A stretch of DNA of 58,648 bases from Chiloscyllium plagiosum. Lineage: Eukaryota. Shown here in pieces: positions 1-13,436 of the stretch (position 1 is its first letter; every line of letters begins with the position of its first letter). Where the stretch lies: NCBI RefSeq assembly GCF_004010195.1, contig NW_025215116.1, positions 1 to 58,648 of the forward strand, given 5' to 3'. A program made the translations under genes and the position numbers. The notes under the pieces were generated by a model that had not been told where the DNA came from, ran no database searches, and saw nothing but the letters and a program-made list of their open reading frames with translations.

Positions 1-232
1 TTTCAGAAGAATGGCGATGAGAGAGAGTGCTTAGTGTCTGGAATGTACATGCAGAGCAGTGTTGAAGGCGGAAACAATGGCTAGGCTTAAGAGGTATCTT
101 GCCAGATTTGTAAACAGGCAGGGAATGGAGGGATACGGAGCATATCGATGCAAAGTCGCTTAGTCCAGAAAGGTATTATGTGGCGGTTCAGTTATGGGAA
201 TTCTTGTTCCTTTGCTGTACAGTTCTTTCTTC
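1..232 (+). mobile_element. CR1 LINE 3' end fragment (old)
   Basis: Resembles the CR1 ORF2 C-terminus and 3' UTR (gtctggaat...gttgaaggcgg...ttaagaggtatctt...gggaatggagggatacgg...gctgtacagttct), comparable to other CR1 3' ends in the window. Confidence 0.65.
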
Positions 233-254
233 TTTTACTCTGACACTATCATGT

Positions 255-705
255 CGAAAAAGCTCAACGCATGCAAAGGGTAAAATACTTCGTTTTCTTT
301 TGAGGCATCTTGGACTCGGCTTTTAGCTGAGTAACTTCACAGCATAACTTCTGTTGGTGACAATCCCACACAACCATAACGAGCTGTGTTTGCTTTATCT
401 TGTGACAAGCAGAGTTGACAGAATTTCTCATTTTCACATCTCACATTTAGACCTATTATAAAATTCTAAATCTCCTTTCTGACCTTTTTCATCCACTTTG
501 TCTTGTACTTTGGGCTCAACCATCATACGTTCTCATTTGTAATCGTCTCGCTTTGAACTTCTTCACCACGCATACACATTCATACAAATATTTACTTTTT
601 AAAAACTATACTGTTTCAGTTTCTTTCAGTAAATAAAAAAAATTACTTCGTTTTTCTCTGCCTAACTTTTGCTAAGTTTCTCCAGTATTTCATTTTGCTA
701 TACTT
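255..705 (+). mobile_element. Highly decayed Penelope-like element 3' end
   Basis: aagctcaacgc...ttggactc...aacttcacagcataac resembles the GIY-YIG C-terminal tail; ctgcctaac...gctaagtttctccagtatttc resembles the PLE terminus seen at 36945-37030 in the opposite orientation. Confidence 0.4.
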
Positions 706-716
706 AGCATTTATAG

Positions 717-1706
717 TGTTCCGACACGGGGTAAACCCTTCTGCTAATTTAAACCAGTCACACATGAACGTTCACCGCATGCCATAATGTGTTAAATTTC
801 TAGTGGCAAAGTGTTATCCCACATATCACAATTTAAAGAAGAAAACAATATCTACATTATATTCGAAAAACGAGAACATTAGTCAACGAATTTTTACAAC
901 TCATTTCTATTAAAACTATTTTACCTCACATTCTACAGCACTGGTATGATAAATTCGCTCTTAAATTTACGGCAAATCAATTTTCAAAAACAGTTGTCTG
1001 CTTCCCGTGTTCGAAGTTCCTCTGTCGGTTCTTGTAGGTGTCTTTGTTCTTCTGCTGCAAACCTTTCTGATGCCCATGTCCCGTTCCAAGGTAGCATTCT
1101 GCTGCAGTCTGTTGCTCATTGGCTGCTGTTTGTTATTCTAAAAGTACGACCTATTGATTTCCTTCAAAATTTTCGTGCCAAATTTACGAATCATCTTCAA
1201 ACCTCAAAAACTCTTTCGAAATTTTAAGAGCTATTTCTCTCACTTTTAATTTAACAAACCACAATTCTCTGAAAGTAAACAAATTGTCTCAACTTGTTTT
1301 CATTTAAGTATCTAGGGCACTAAACTGTAAGGCTTTAAAACTATCTGCCTTTTCTCGTACACTTGATATACTCAAATCTGTTCAGACGATATCGTTCTCA
1401 GCTGACCAAAAACATTAATCCGAGACCAATCTGTTCAATTCCTGGCGATCAACCCCAAAACATCGGACCGGCTCACTGGTTTGATGTCATCCAATACATT
1501 AAAATTCAAGTTCTACTGGAGTTTGGTATCTGTGGCATAACTTAAGCAGTTTGTCCACATCTGAATTTGTTTTCTACTATGACAATGCTGTTCTCTGACT
1601 TGTTTCACAACCAAATGTTACTTTTTAAAATCTACTAGCACACTCTTTGCCAGCCAGGTGTTTCAGCTCCCTTAAAAGTAGAGCACATGTCTAGAAGTTC
1701 ATAACA
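717..1706 (-). repeat. 3' LTR of the Gmr1-like element
   Basis: ~990 bp bounded on the minus strand by TGTTATG...GGAACA (TG...CA), directly preceded by a decayed polypurine tract (cttaagtagggcgt) and lying downstream of RNase H. Confidence 0.7.
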
Positions 1707-4339
1707 ACGCCCTACTTAAGATAAAACTGAACGATCATGATGAACGGATGGGCCCTTTTTCTTTTGTATTTCTTAACCTTATGCTCACGACATACTTATA
1801 ACATTAATCTAAGTTCATCTTGATATATATATATACATATACACATGCACATATACATAAATCTATAAAAAAGACATTGGATAGAAACCAATCTCATCTA
1901 ACGTCTGTCAGTTAATCTGGGAAAGGACGTCTGCAATTACATTCTTATGCATTGCATCACTTAGAATTTGTAAATTAAATGTCCGTAACATAAGACACCA
2001 ACGAAACATTGAAAGTGTTCTTTAATGTGTACCAAGAATATTAGTCTACAATTACATTCTTGTGCATTCTTGTACCAACAATATTAGTGTATTGTTATCC
2101 ATGAACAGAACCGTCTCTGACATATTGTTCGTAACATGCACATTAAGATGTTGTAAGATCAGTACCAATCTCAATAGTTCCTTTTACATCGTGGAGTATT
2201 TTCTCTGGTGGATGTTGCGTTTCTTTGAAAAGTAAACTAATGGCAGTTCAATTTCGTGACCATCTTCCTGTAGTAATACAGATCCAACTCCTATGTCAAG
2301 AGCATCGATCGCAACGTTGAAGGGTTTGGAAAGTTTGGTGTAGCTCGATCTGGTGGGATAGTTAGTATTGCTTTTAAATATACTAATGCCACCTGGCATT
2401 CTTGTGTCCACCGAACGTTTCTGGTCATTTTCACGAAATCTGTTAATGCTACATATACACTGCTGACGTTTGGACAAATTACTGATGGAATCTGCTTAGT
2501 CGCAAAAATCAAAGCAACTCTTTCCTCGAGATTGGTCAAAGGAATTCCTTGATGGCATTGGCCATGGGGTCAACCTTCCATGACCAATGTCATGTTGCAA
2601 GAACATCACCTCTCCTTTAGCAAACTCAATTTTGTTTAAGTTTATTATCAGCTTTGCTACTCTTAATTTTTCAAAGAGTTCTGCAAATTGTACCATGTTT
2701 TTTCATGGACTTTAAGATCACTAAATCGGCCAAATACACTGCACACTGTGTTAATCCAGCCACAGCGCTGTTCATGAGTCTTTAGAACGTGGCAGGTGCA
2801 AATTGTACCATGTGACCTTTCATGGACTTAAAGATCACGACATCGGCCAAATACACTGCACACTGTGTTAACCCAGCCACAGCGCTGTTCATGAGTGTTT
2901 AGAACGTGGCAGGTGCGTTCTTCATTCCAAAAGGCATCATTTTGATTTGATATAGCTCATTTGGATTTTACAAACGCAGAAATTTATTTCGCCGTCACTG
3001 AGAAAAGTACCTGCCAATAACCAAGCAGGAAGTCTAATTTGGTGATGTTACGAGCGTGTACAACTTTCTCTGTATCGATCTCCAATCTTGTTATTGGATA
3101 TGGGTCCAATTCTCTTACAGCATTGACTGTCCGATAATCCACGCAAAATCGTTGAGACTCGTCCGGTTTGGGAACTAAGATTTCGGTGAACCCCACTCAC
3201 TCTGGCTTGGTACAATAATATCCTCGTTTGGCATGGCATCTACCGCATTCAAGACCTGTCTCACTTTCAAGGGATTAACCCGATAAGTGTGTTCCTGTAT
3301 TGGAACTACATTCTCTGTGCATTAGCATTAGTCCTCCCTATTTGATTGCTACAAATGTCCTCATACTGCAGTAACAAACCTTTCAACTGCGTTCGTTGCT
3401 CATCAAGGACTTACTCATTTTTAACTTATTTTGACGCACATCAAAATTTTAATATCAGGATTTGATTCCTCACTCTATGGGGCAGCAAACAACGCCTGCT
3501 TCTCCAGTTTTTTTCTCTCTCGTATAATCCGGATTCAACATGTTCTCGTGACAGACACAATACAGGTCTTTCTTTCAAACTGGCATGTTTACGAAATCGT
3601 TCACACGAGTCATCTTTTTCTGAATTTGACAGGGGCTACTAAACATTGCTTCGAAGAGATTTCCTATCACTGGTTACAGCACTAATAAATCATCCCCGAG
3701 GCCCTGCGGGAAAACGTCCGAGTCTCAGAGTTTTCATCTGCCACCTGCTTCATTGTTTCAACATGTTCTCGTGACATACAGAATACAGGTCTTTCCTTCA
3801 ATCTGGCATGTTTACTAAATCGTTCACACGAGTCATCTTTTTTCGAAATTTGATAGGGGCTACTAAACATTGCTTCGAAGGGATTTCCTATCACTGGTTA
3901 TATCACTAATAAATCATCCCCGAGGACCTGCCGGAAAACGTCCGAGTCTCAGAGTTTTCATCTGCCACCTGCTTCATTGTTAGATTTGTTCTCTTTCGGT
4001 GCTGTTGAAATAAGTCACAGACTCGAATTAATCTCTCCCGCACCGCGCTACATAATATGTATGTGAGATCTGACTTTGGCCCTGTGAATTTCTCTTTAAT
4101 TAATTTCAAATGCCTTCTCATTCCATCAACGAATATCAACTCGAATGTTGTAAACTGAGTGGACTCGTTTGGGGAAACTCGAATGATAAACAATACGAAT
4201 GGAATACATTTATCCCAATTTCTAGGGTAACCCTGACAGTATGCTCGCAACATGGTTTTCACGGTCACCTTTCTTACGCTCCCTGTGATTCAGGGTGATA
4301 CATACTTAATTTAAAGTGATGTATACCAAAGTTCTCTAT

Positions 4340-4427
4340 GTTGAAATTCACACAACACCAGGTTGTATTCCAACAGGTTTAATTGCAAGCACATTAGATT
4401 TCGGAGCGATGCTCCTTCATCAGGTGA
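4340..4427 (-). mobile_element. Short Penelope-type terminal fragment with hammerhead-like core, inserted in the Gmr1 integrase
   Basis: Minus strand reads CAC-CTGATGA-A-GGAGC-ATC-GCTCC-GAAA-TCTA followed by aacctggtgttgtgtgaatttcaac, which recurs on the + strand at ~31825. Confidence 0.7.
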
Positions 4428-7089
4428 GTCCTGTGTAGCACTAGGTGACCTCTTACAAGTGGATCATGTGCTACTCGCGACACCTCCTGTCCGAATGCTA
4501 CTGGCAGCACAATCTGGTGCACTTTGGCCTACTTCTCTTCCATGCCAAGCTGCCGTGGTATCCATTTCAGTCTTTGGATTTTATCTTCTAGATAATTATA
4601 CTCATGAATATCCTCTGCCTCCTTTTCGGAATATGCATGTAATATATAACTTTATTATCTTGTTTTGTTGTTGCAGTCTCTCAACCTTTCAGGACCTAAA
4701 CGCTTATATCTGAACATCTGCCATTACCGGTTCATCCCTCAACATACTGTCAAACAGCGTGTCCGCGATCTGCAACTCAATTCCTTCTTCTCTATCTTTC
4801 GTTTTTGTTCGTGCTGTGACCTCTGATAGTGAGATCTGGTTAATACACAGTCTGGGAAAATGCCAGTATATTTACATTGTAACTCCTCAGTTTCTTTGTC
4901 ATCCTTGGGCTTCTCCACAACAAGGGGAGTCACTCCCACCTTGAATCTCTGTAACCCATTACCAAGAACAAACTGAAATGCTGGAATTGACACTCTGTCA
5001 ATTACTCCCACTGTAAATTCCCCAGTCTTCAGGTGGCAGTCAAACCTGATCTTACATCGGGAACGCAAAATTTCTGTCCATGTTTCCCACAAATTGCCAT
5101 ATTCTCGGGTAACAAATCAGAAAGAGTGTGAATTAGCTCATCCCTTACTATCAGCCACTGGTTGGTCCTGTATTTCTCAAAAGTATAACTTCTTGTTCTT
5201 CTCCCCAATTCGTTCTGAGTAAACTTTACCCACAGAAGTGAGTTATTTACAGCGATCAGTTAAGAACTTCATACCCACCCTCTGCCCAAGCTATGTACTG
5301 TCCTGCATCTCCTCGGCTTTTATTGCAGTTTTCTTTACTGCTTTAATTAATGCCACTGGCTTCGCTTCTTTTGCCACATCTTTTTCCTGGTGGTGACCCT
5401 CAATCAGAGTTTGAAGCAAACACATTCTCGCATTATTTTGGTTCACTGCCATTGTGATATATTGCAGCAGAAATATATGTTCACGTTTGCAGGATGCTAT
5501 GAGATCCAGCCACGCCCCTCGCAAAGACAAGCTTTACGAAAGACGAAGGAAAGGTCAAAATGCAGGCAGTTGTGAAAAATGCAGACCTGATTTTAGAACC
5601 ATAAATCTTCGCAAAACGCGGTGATATTGAAGAAACTGAAATGTTTGCACGTCTCGGCTGAGAGGGGTCATCATCTCTGAGCAATACTCACTTTAAATTA
5701 TGCAACGAGATGGAATGGTCACGACAGCAGTGTGCTTTAAATGAGTCACCCACTCACATACATCTGTGTTACCAACGTCATCCGGCACTGTTTCCACCGT
5801 TGGTTATCCATTTGGCTGAAGTTTTGCGCAACGTCTTACATGTGAGGTGAATACCCCAGAATCACCATCACCCTGTAGACATGATGTGCAGTTTCCCCGA
5901 GGCTGACTGTGGAGGCCAATGCAATGGCACCAGAAGGGAGTTGGAGGAGGCGGGAGAGTTAGGGCCAGGGAATTTTTCATTCTGATCCAGGCTTTCACGG
6001 GTTTCTGTTTGAAGAGCAGGAAAACGAACTTTGCCTTTCTGGGGTTCGGGATGGTGAGAAACCTGGCAGGACAGGACAGTAAGAGTCAGAGGGTGATCGA
6101 GGTCTCTATTCATGGCTCCCATTGCTGAAAGGACAATTCAATGAATGAAGCCTTATTTAGAAGGTCCTAGAAGTATACAGCAGAAGAACACTCATCGTCC
6201 GTGCTCGCATGATTTAACAAATGGAAGCAATTCAATTTGGTTGTACAGAGCCCATATAACTTTATTTCATAGCCAGATGTTGCATTGATTAGGAAAGGAT
6301 GAAAGTTTCGTGCCAAGCTGCGGTCCGTAAATATTCCATATTCTACACAAGGACAGACAGTGAATTCGTGCAGGCGTATTTTACACTGGGTGCGTCTTCA
6401 ACGATCTCGAAATTCAAGAGGAAAGTCAAAGTTTTCATTGATATTTCCAACTATACATGCATATTTAACCCAAGCACAGAATTGCAGTGTCTGTGAACAA
6501 ACCCTCAAAGGTGACATTGATGTAAGCACAATTCTCTGGTCAACCACACAGAGGAAACATTACGCTAGTTTCCCAGGATAGGGGGGAGCAGTGGACCGGA
6601 GTTGCTGTTCGCAACTTTTCAACTCTCAGTGAACATGTTTGCAATCTTTTTTTGCAGCTGTATCTAATTTAGTGGATTAGGCCGAAAAGAATGTTGCTTC
6701 AAGAGAACAGCATTTCCTATTTCAACATGAAGTGCGATCAGTTCCCTGCTTAATACCATGTATCTCTCCAGGGAATTGATACAACTCTTTTACCTCATGT
6801 CGATTTACTCTGGAAGATAAATCAATAATTTAGGCCAATTTTCAAGAACGTCCTCGTTGTCTAATTCAATTTTAGTATTGTCACGTTCAGAGCTATCTGT
6901 TTTGGGTATAGTGGTCTCAGTTGTGATACTGCCACATTATCCTTTTGCTCTCATTCCTGATTGAAGTACTGTTTGCACGTATTCACACGACATATTGTGA
7001 GAGCTGGAATTCTTAGATGCCATGACGGGCGCGCTGGGCAATGGAGAACCGTTGCATCTGGTGCATCTGAATCTCCAGGTGTCATTGAT

Positions 7090-8235
7090 CAAGGAAATGC
7101 ACATAGGCTGGTGCAACAGGTGAAGGTGCACGGCATTATTGGTAAGGTGGTAGCACGTGTAAATGATTAGCTAGTGTATAAAAAGCAATAATTGTGGATA
7201 AATCGTTGTTTTTTTTAAATTTGGCAATAAATGTCTACTGGTTTGCCTCAAAGATCAGTGTTGGAATCGTAATTGTTTCCAACTGATATCGATGATTTGG
7301 ATTTTTAGGTCATGTGAAACGTGTCAATGTTCGCACATGATACTACAATGAGTGGTATAACAAAAACAGCATAATAATAGAGAGAGATTAAGTGAGTGGG
7401 CAAGGGTGTGGCAGGTGCAGTACAATTCAGGTAAATGTAAGGTCATTCATTTTGACAGGCATAACAGCAACACAGTTTTTTGTTTAAATGGAGAAAAGTT
7501 GCAGCATGCTGCGATTCAAAGGGACCTGGGGGAACTTGTGCATGAATCTCAGGAGGTTGATTTGCAATTGCAACAGGTAACTAAATGGTTTATTGACCTT
7601 AATTGCAAGACGGATGGATTTTCAAGACTCGTAGGTTATGCTGCAGTTGCATCGCGTGCAGATGAGGCCACACCTGGAAACTTATGTCTAATGTCCGTCT
7701 TCTTACTTGGGAAATAATGTAATGGCACTGTACGGGACGCAGAGAGGTTCCATAAATTGATTCTAGAGTAAACAGCTTTGCCTTTTGAGGACCAGACTGA
7801 GTAGCTGAGCCGATACATATTGGAATTTAGAAATAAATGGGAGCGGTCTTCTCGCCACAAGTAAAATTATGAAGGGAATAGTTAAGCTCGAAGCAGGGAG
7901 GTTATTTCCACATGAAGGTCAAATTGAAACGGAGTGACATATAATCTACGTTTAGGGAAGCAGATTTACGACTCAGTTAAAGAACTGATTCATTACCCAA
8001 ATGGTTGTGAATCTGCAAATTTCCCTGTCACCTGAAGCGATTAAGTCTAACATATTGCATGATTTAAAGGCAAATCTAGATTGATATTCGAACAGTGCAG
8101 AAATTAATGTTTTTTTGCGAATGGGCGGGGAAGTTGAGTTGAGCAGCAAAACGATCACCCACAATGTTAATGAATGATGAAGCAGGCTCGAGGAGTCAGG
8201 TCACCTACTTCTGCTCCTTATATTTCTTATGTTTG
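7090..8235 (+). mobile_element. CR1 LINE, 5'-truncated RT/3' UTR fragment (old)
   Basis: Decayed GLPQRSVL (GVPQGSVLG), FAHDT (FADDT), WQVQYNSGKCKVIHF and QRDLGELVHES, ending in cctacttctgctccttatatttcttatgtt. Confidence 0.85.
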
Positions 8236-8242
8236 AATATTG

Positions 8243-8555
8243 AACATAGAACTTAGACCATTACAGCGCAGTACAGGCCCTTCGACCCTCGATGCTGCGG
8301 CGTCCTGAGAAACTAATCTGAAGTCCATTTAAAATACACTATTCCATTTTTATCCATGTCTATTCAATGACCATTTAAATAACCTTAAACTGAGCCAATC
8401 TCCTCCTGTTGCAGGCACACCATTCCACGCACCGAGTACACTCTGAGAAAAGACACTACCTCTGACATCTGTCCAATATCTATCAAGCCTGAACTTAAAG
8501 CTATACCTACTCGTTATAATCGTCGCAATTCGAAGAAAAAGGCTCTCATTTTCCA
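8243..8555 (-). mobile_element. CR1 LINE 3' end
   Basis: Starts with the reverse tail aacatagaac; minus ORF DVRGSVFSQSVLGAWNGVPA matches the C-terminus of the young CR1 at 43.8 kb (DVRGRFFTQRVVSLWHALP). Confidence 0.85.
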
Positions 8556-8954
8556 ACCAATTGACACAACACGATGTTAAAGGGATAAAATTCCTTGAAA
8601 TTTTCAGTTATTTGAACGTGAAGTAGCGGAAAGCAGGAGGCCCGATTTGACACACATTTCTGTGTTTTTCTTAACTGAATTGCAAGATCACTTTCCCTCT
8701 CTCTCGCTGACGTACACAAAGAGGTGATTTCGGAGGAAGTGAGGATTGCCCTCAGGTGCTGGCCCTCAGAGTTGAAGATTTTGGTGAATGCCGAGTCCGT
8801 GATACTCACCCCACACAGATCATAAATGCCCGGAATCCTGACGGCTTTTGTGACCACCTTCATGTTTTGTCTGATAAAATCCACGCACTGTCAGAAGATG
8901 TTGGAAAGAGGGAAAGATGCTCAGCTGATAACATGCAGATGTCTTTTGAATGTT

Positions 8955-9570
8955 AGAATTGTATCAGCCTCCTCCACTTCCTTTGCCAGCTGATGACATG
9001 TACGCACCACCCTAAGCATGAAAAAGTTACCCCACTCTTCTCATTTAATTCGCTTGACTCTAATCTTAAATTTACACTCTCTAGTTTTGGTCCACCCAAC
9101 CAACGGAGAACACCTCAGTGATTCACCTCATCTGTGCTCCTTCTGATTTACTACATCTCTATATAATACCCACTCATCCGCGTGCACTCCAGGGAAATTA
9201 ATCCGAGCCTGTCCAGCCTGTCATCAAAACATAAACACTGCAGTCTCGGTAACATGCTTGTAAATCTTTTCTTCCACTCTTCCACATTTAATGCTATCTT
9301 CCTGCAGCAGAGAGACCAGAACTGTTCACAGTTTTCGGAAAGTGACCTCATCAATTTCTTATGCAGATCTAACATAATATCTCGTCTCCTGCAAGCAATG
9401 CTCTGACCAATGAAGGAACGTGCAGCAGAACCAATGTTCAATTCCCTGTCTACCAGTGATGTCACTACAACTATCTACGTACCTACACCCCTTTGGTCCC
9501 TCTGTTCACGAGCACTCCACAGACTCTACCATAGACTGTGTAAGTCCGCACTGGTTTGTGCTCCCAGCTT
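8955..9570 (-). mobile_element. CR1 LINE RT C-terminal fragment
   Basis: Minus ORF 9151-9465: IMLDLHKKLMRSLSENCEQFWS...KRFTSMLPRL...DRLDRLGLISLE, homologous to VMMQLYKTLVRPHLEYCVQFWS at 43.5 kb. Confidence 0.85.
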
Positions 9571-10402
9571 CTAAAGTCCCATTCTATTTAGCTATTTTTC
9601 ATAAAGCAATCCCTCCCTACTTGGGGACTATCCTGTTGTACCTTCTGTGAAAGTTCTCCAACGGAATGATGTATTCCCTAAAAATATGGGAGACCTAACC
9701 TGCTCGTGATGCTCCCGTCGTGGTTTTCCCATTACGTTCCTTTTCAATCTCATTGGAACTCAGCATCAAATTGGATTCAGGAGCGAGCGATTTGCAGACT
9801 TCCTGCTGCAGTGTTCCCATGCCCACACCATCCCTCCATTGCGACTGGAGCTTAGTGGAGGTTTCCACACACTGGAAACAGGACATTGTAGACAAAAATG
9901 GACTGCAGAGAAATTGGAAAGGTTATGATTGAATAGGGAATGCTTCCGACAAGTAATCAACACACAAATTCTCATGTTTTAGTTGAGGGCTGGGTAGTAG
10001 GGACGGGTAGTGAGGACAGATTAGCTAGCACCAAAAGTGCTTCTGACACTCTGTGTTTGGAGGATTGCGTGCAATTTCAAAACCCATGGAAACGAGAACA
10101 TGGTATTGTCCGAGAATCTCAGCAGATCTGAATGCATCTGTGGAGTCAGAGAAGGCAAGGTAAAGTTTTCGACTCCGCTGTACCTTTTCCAGAGCATGTT
10201 CCCTCCTGGAGAAAAAAAATCAAGCCATTTTACAAATAAATCTGAACAATCTTCCATGTGGACTTGCGTCAAATGGCGGTGGCCGTGACTGGTTAATCAG
10301 TCTCAACTGATGGGGTGATCGCCAGAGAATTGGGATTGGGAAAGGCGATTCGGAGCACAGAGGACTTTCATAAATATTTCAGAATAACTTATAACTTTTC
10401 AG

Positions 10403-10432
10403 TCTCTCTCTCTCTATCTCTTTCTCTCTCGC
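10403..10432. repeat. (CT)n microsatellite (second copy at ~12774-12802)
   Basis: gtctctctctctctatctctttctctctc. Confidence 0.8.
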
Positions 10433-11065
10433 TAAATGTAAAGGATGTTTCAGAAGTAGAGGAACCGCAGTTTGTTTTTTAGTTAACTGCAGGCAATTGA
10501 GTTGGAAGATCAAGACGGAATGCTCAGTCCAGGATTAGGCAGATATATAATATCATTCCACTCCATCAACATCTCGCTAATCGCAATTATGGTGCTTTTC
10601 AATGTGGGACGTTCAGACAAGAATGGGCAAGAATGTGTGGGGCCATTTGAACTAATGTGTTTCTTGCCTATCTTGCACAGGAACGCATTTGTCCACAAGG
10701 AGGGCGTTGCGACTGCCCAGAGCTGAACAGTTTCGTTACTGAAAAATACGTCCAGAGAGGGTGTGTAGGCCATCATGTTACTTCGCTTTGCTTCGACATT
10801 TTTTGAAACAAAAACGCGCCATAAGCGGCTATATGGGCTCTTCCAAAATTGGAATCGGGATAAACAGATGGGACAATTCACATACACCCTTATGTCGACA
10901 GAAATACAAGCGTCTTTGTCACTTCTGATTGCATTGTCGACAGAATGGGCACGTTTTCAGATCAGTGACGTATGTGTCAGTTCTGAACAGATAACTCTGC
11001 TTTCTGTCCCTGCATATGATAAGAGCCTGGCTGGCTTTATGACACAGTCTGGTTGTTATTGATTT

Positions 11066-11330
11066 CCAACAGAGTAAATAGAGCCAATTTGGTCCGTCAC
11101 ATCTGCACTGCCACTCCGAAGGGCATCCCACCATTTCCCTGTAACCTTGTATTTCCGGCCAACCCACATAATCTGTGAATCTTTCGACTGTCGGCGGAAA
11201 CCGGAACACCTGAGGAAACCCACGCAGACACGGGGGAGAATGCAGAAAACTCACGCAATCCATCGCCGATGGTGGAATTGAGACAGGTCCCTGGCGTTGT
11301 GAGGTAGCAGTGCTAATCACTCTGCCCCCT
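11066..11330 (-). mobile_element. HE1-type tRNA-derived V-SINE
   Basis: Minus-strand head gtgattagcactgctacctcacaacgccagggacctgtctcaattcc (decayed A/B boxes), then V-domain-like ttctcccccgtgtctgcgtgggtttcctcaggtgttccggtttcc and a LINE-like tail. Confidence 0.85.
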
Positions 11331-13436
11331 GCGTTGACGACCTTCAGCATCTGCAGTATATCCCCTCTTGTGCCACACAGGACTCGGCTTTGGAGTGGAC
11401 CTCACACCATCTCCCATTCTAATCAGGCCTCTGATCATTCACTCTCTCGAGGTAAGGGCGAGCCTGTTGATAGCCCCGGTTAAATCGATGAGTTCTAATG
11501 AAATCTCGCTTTGATTGCTTTCTGTTTCCCCATGTAACCGAATGCTTTTCACGGTTTTCCGGCTGAACCAGAATCTCGTATGATACAAATGCAGACAGCT
11601 TAGCATCATGTAATACCGTTAAAATAATGCGGCATTCCCATCGGAGTCACTGAGCAGGGAACATTTCAGGTTAGATTCTGAGCAGCAAAAGAACAGTGAA
11701 TTCGCATCAGCATCAAAACAAAGGTAAGTGACAAATGTTGATTGTCACGGTGTTTCCTGGACTCCTTCAGACGCCCTTTCTACCCTGCCAACGTACTAAA
11801 GAGGAGAGTTTTACAAAGTGGTTAGCATCTTACCAGGAGACAACTATCTACGTACCTACACCCCTTTGGTCCCTCTGTTCACCAGCACTCCACAGACTCT
11901 ACCATAGACTGTGTAAGTCCGCACTGGTTTGTGCTCCCAGCTTCTAAAGTCCCATTCTGTTTTGCTATTTTTCATAAAGCAATCCCTCCCTACTTGGGGA
12001 CTATCCTGTTGTACCTTCTGTGAAAGTTCTCCAACGGAATGATGTATTTCCTAAAAATAAGGGAGACCTAACCTGCTCGCGATGCTCCCGTCGTGGTTTT
12101 CCCATTACGTTCCTTTTCAATCTCATTGGAACTCAACGTCAATTTGGATTCAGGAGCGAGCGATTTGCAGACTTCCTGCTGCAGTGTTCCCATGCCCACA
12201 CCATCCCTCCATTGCGACTGGAGCTTAGTGGAGATTTCCACACACTGGAAACAGGACATTGTAGACAAAAATGGACTGCAGAGAAATTGGAAAGGTGATG
12301 ATTGAATAGGGAATGCTTCCGACAAGTAATCAACACACAAATTCTCATGTTTTAGTTGAGGGCTGGGTAGTAGGGACGGGTAGTGAGGACAGATTAGCTA
12401 GCACCAAAAGTGCTTCTGACACTCTGTGTTTGGAGGATTGCGTGCAATTTCAAAACCCATGGAGACGAGAACATGGTATTGTCCGAGGAACTCAGCAGAT
12501 CTGAATGCATCTGTGGAGTCAGAGAAGGCAAGGTAAAGTTTTCGACTCCGCTGTACCTTTTTGAGAGCATGTTCCCTCCTGGAGAAAAAAATCAAGCCAT
12601 TTTACAAATAAATCTGAACAATCTTCCATGTGGACTTGCGTCAAATGGCGTTGGCCGTGACTGGTTAATCAGTCTCACCTGATGGGGTGATCGCCAGAGA
12701 ATTGGGATTGGGAAAGGCGATTCGGAGCACAGAGGACTTTCATAAATATTTCAGAATAACTTATAACTTTTCAGTCTCTCTCTCTCTATCTCTTTCTCTC
12801 TCACTAAATGTAAAGGATGTTTAAGAAGTAGAGGAACCGCAGTTTGTTTATAATTAACTGCAGGCAATTGAGTTGGAAGATCAAGACGGAATGATCAGTC
12901 CAGGATTAGGCAGATATATAATATCATTCCACTCCATCAACATCTCGCTAATCGCAATTATGGTGCTTTTCAATGTGGGACGTTCAGACAAGAATGGGCA
13001 AGAACGTTTGGGGCCATTTGAACTAATGTGTTTCTTGCCTATCTTGCACAGGAACGCATTTGTCCACAAGGAGGGCGTTGCGACTGCCCAGAGCTGAACA
13101 GTTTCGTTACTGAAAAATACGTCCAGAGAGGGTGTTTAGGCCATCATGTTACTTCGCTTTGCTTAGACATTTTTTGAAACAAAAACGCGCCATAAGCGGC
13201 TATATGGGCTCTTCCAGAACTGGAATCGGGATAAACAGATGGGACAATTCACATACACCCTTATGTCGACAGAAATACAAGCGTCTTTGTAACTTCTGAT
13301 TGCATTGTCGACAGAATGGGCACGTTTTCAGATCAGTGACGTATGTGTCAGTTCTGAACAGATAACTCTGCTTTCTGTCCCTGCAGACGATAAGAGCCTG
13401 GCTGGCCTTATGACACAGTCTGGTTGTTATTGATTT

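Larger units (their letters stand above)
717..5395 (-). mobile_element. Gmr1-like Ty3/Gypsy LTR retrotransposon, 5'-truncated and decayed (PR-IN-RT-RH order)
   Basis: Minus-strand fragments in order: gag end (KEAKPVALIK), protease-like (TGEFTVGVIDR...FVLGN...FPDCVLTRS), IN zinc region (VAHDPLVRGHL), IN core (YHPESQG...KTMLRAYC...WDKCIPF...SPNEST.F..FELIF), RT (ILVPKPDESQRFCVDYR, ITKLDFLLGYWQV, MPFGMKNAPATF, YLAD, INLNKIEFAK), RNase H (KPFNVAIDALDIGVGSVLLQED...YFSKK). Many frameshifts and stops. Confidence 0.9.

Noticed and set aside
5880..6130. Possible PLE RT fragment on the minus strand (PEPQKGK...FLLFKQ)
   Set aside because: Similarity is too weak to support without an alignment.
11270..11330. 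tRNA gene
   Set aside because: It is the tRNA-derived head of an HE1-type SINE with decayed boxes, followed by SINE body; no cloverleaf.
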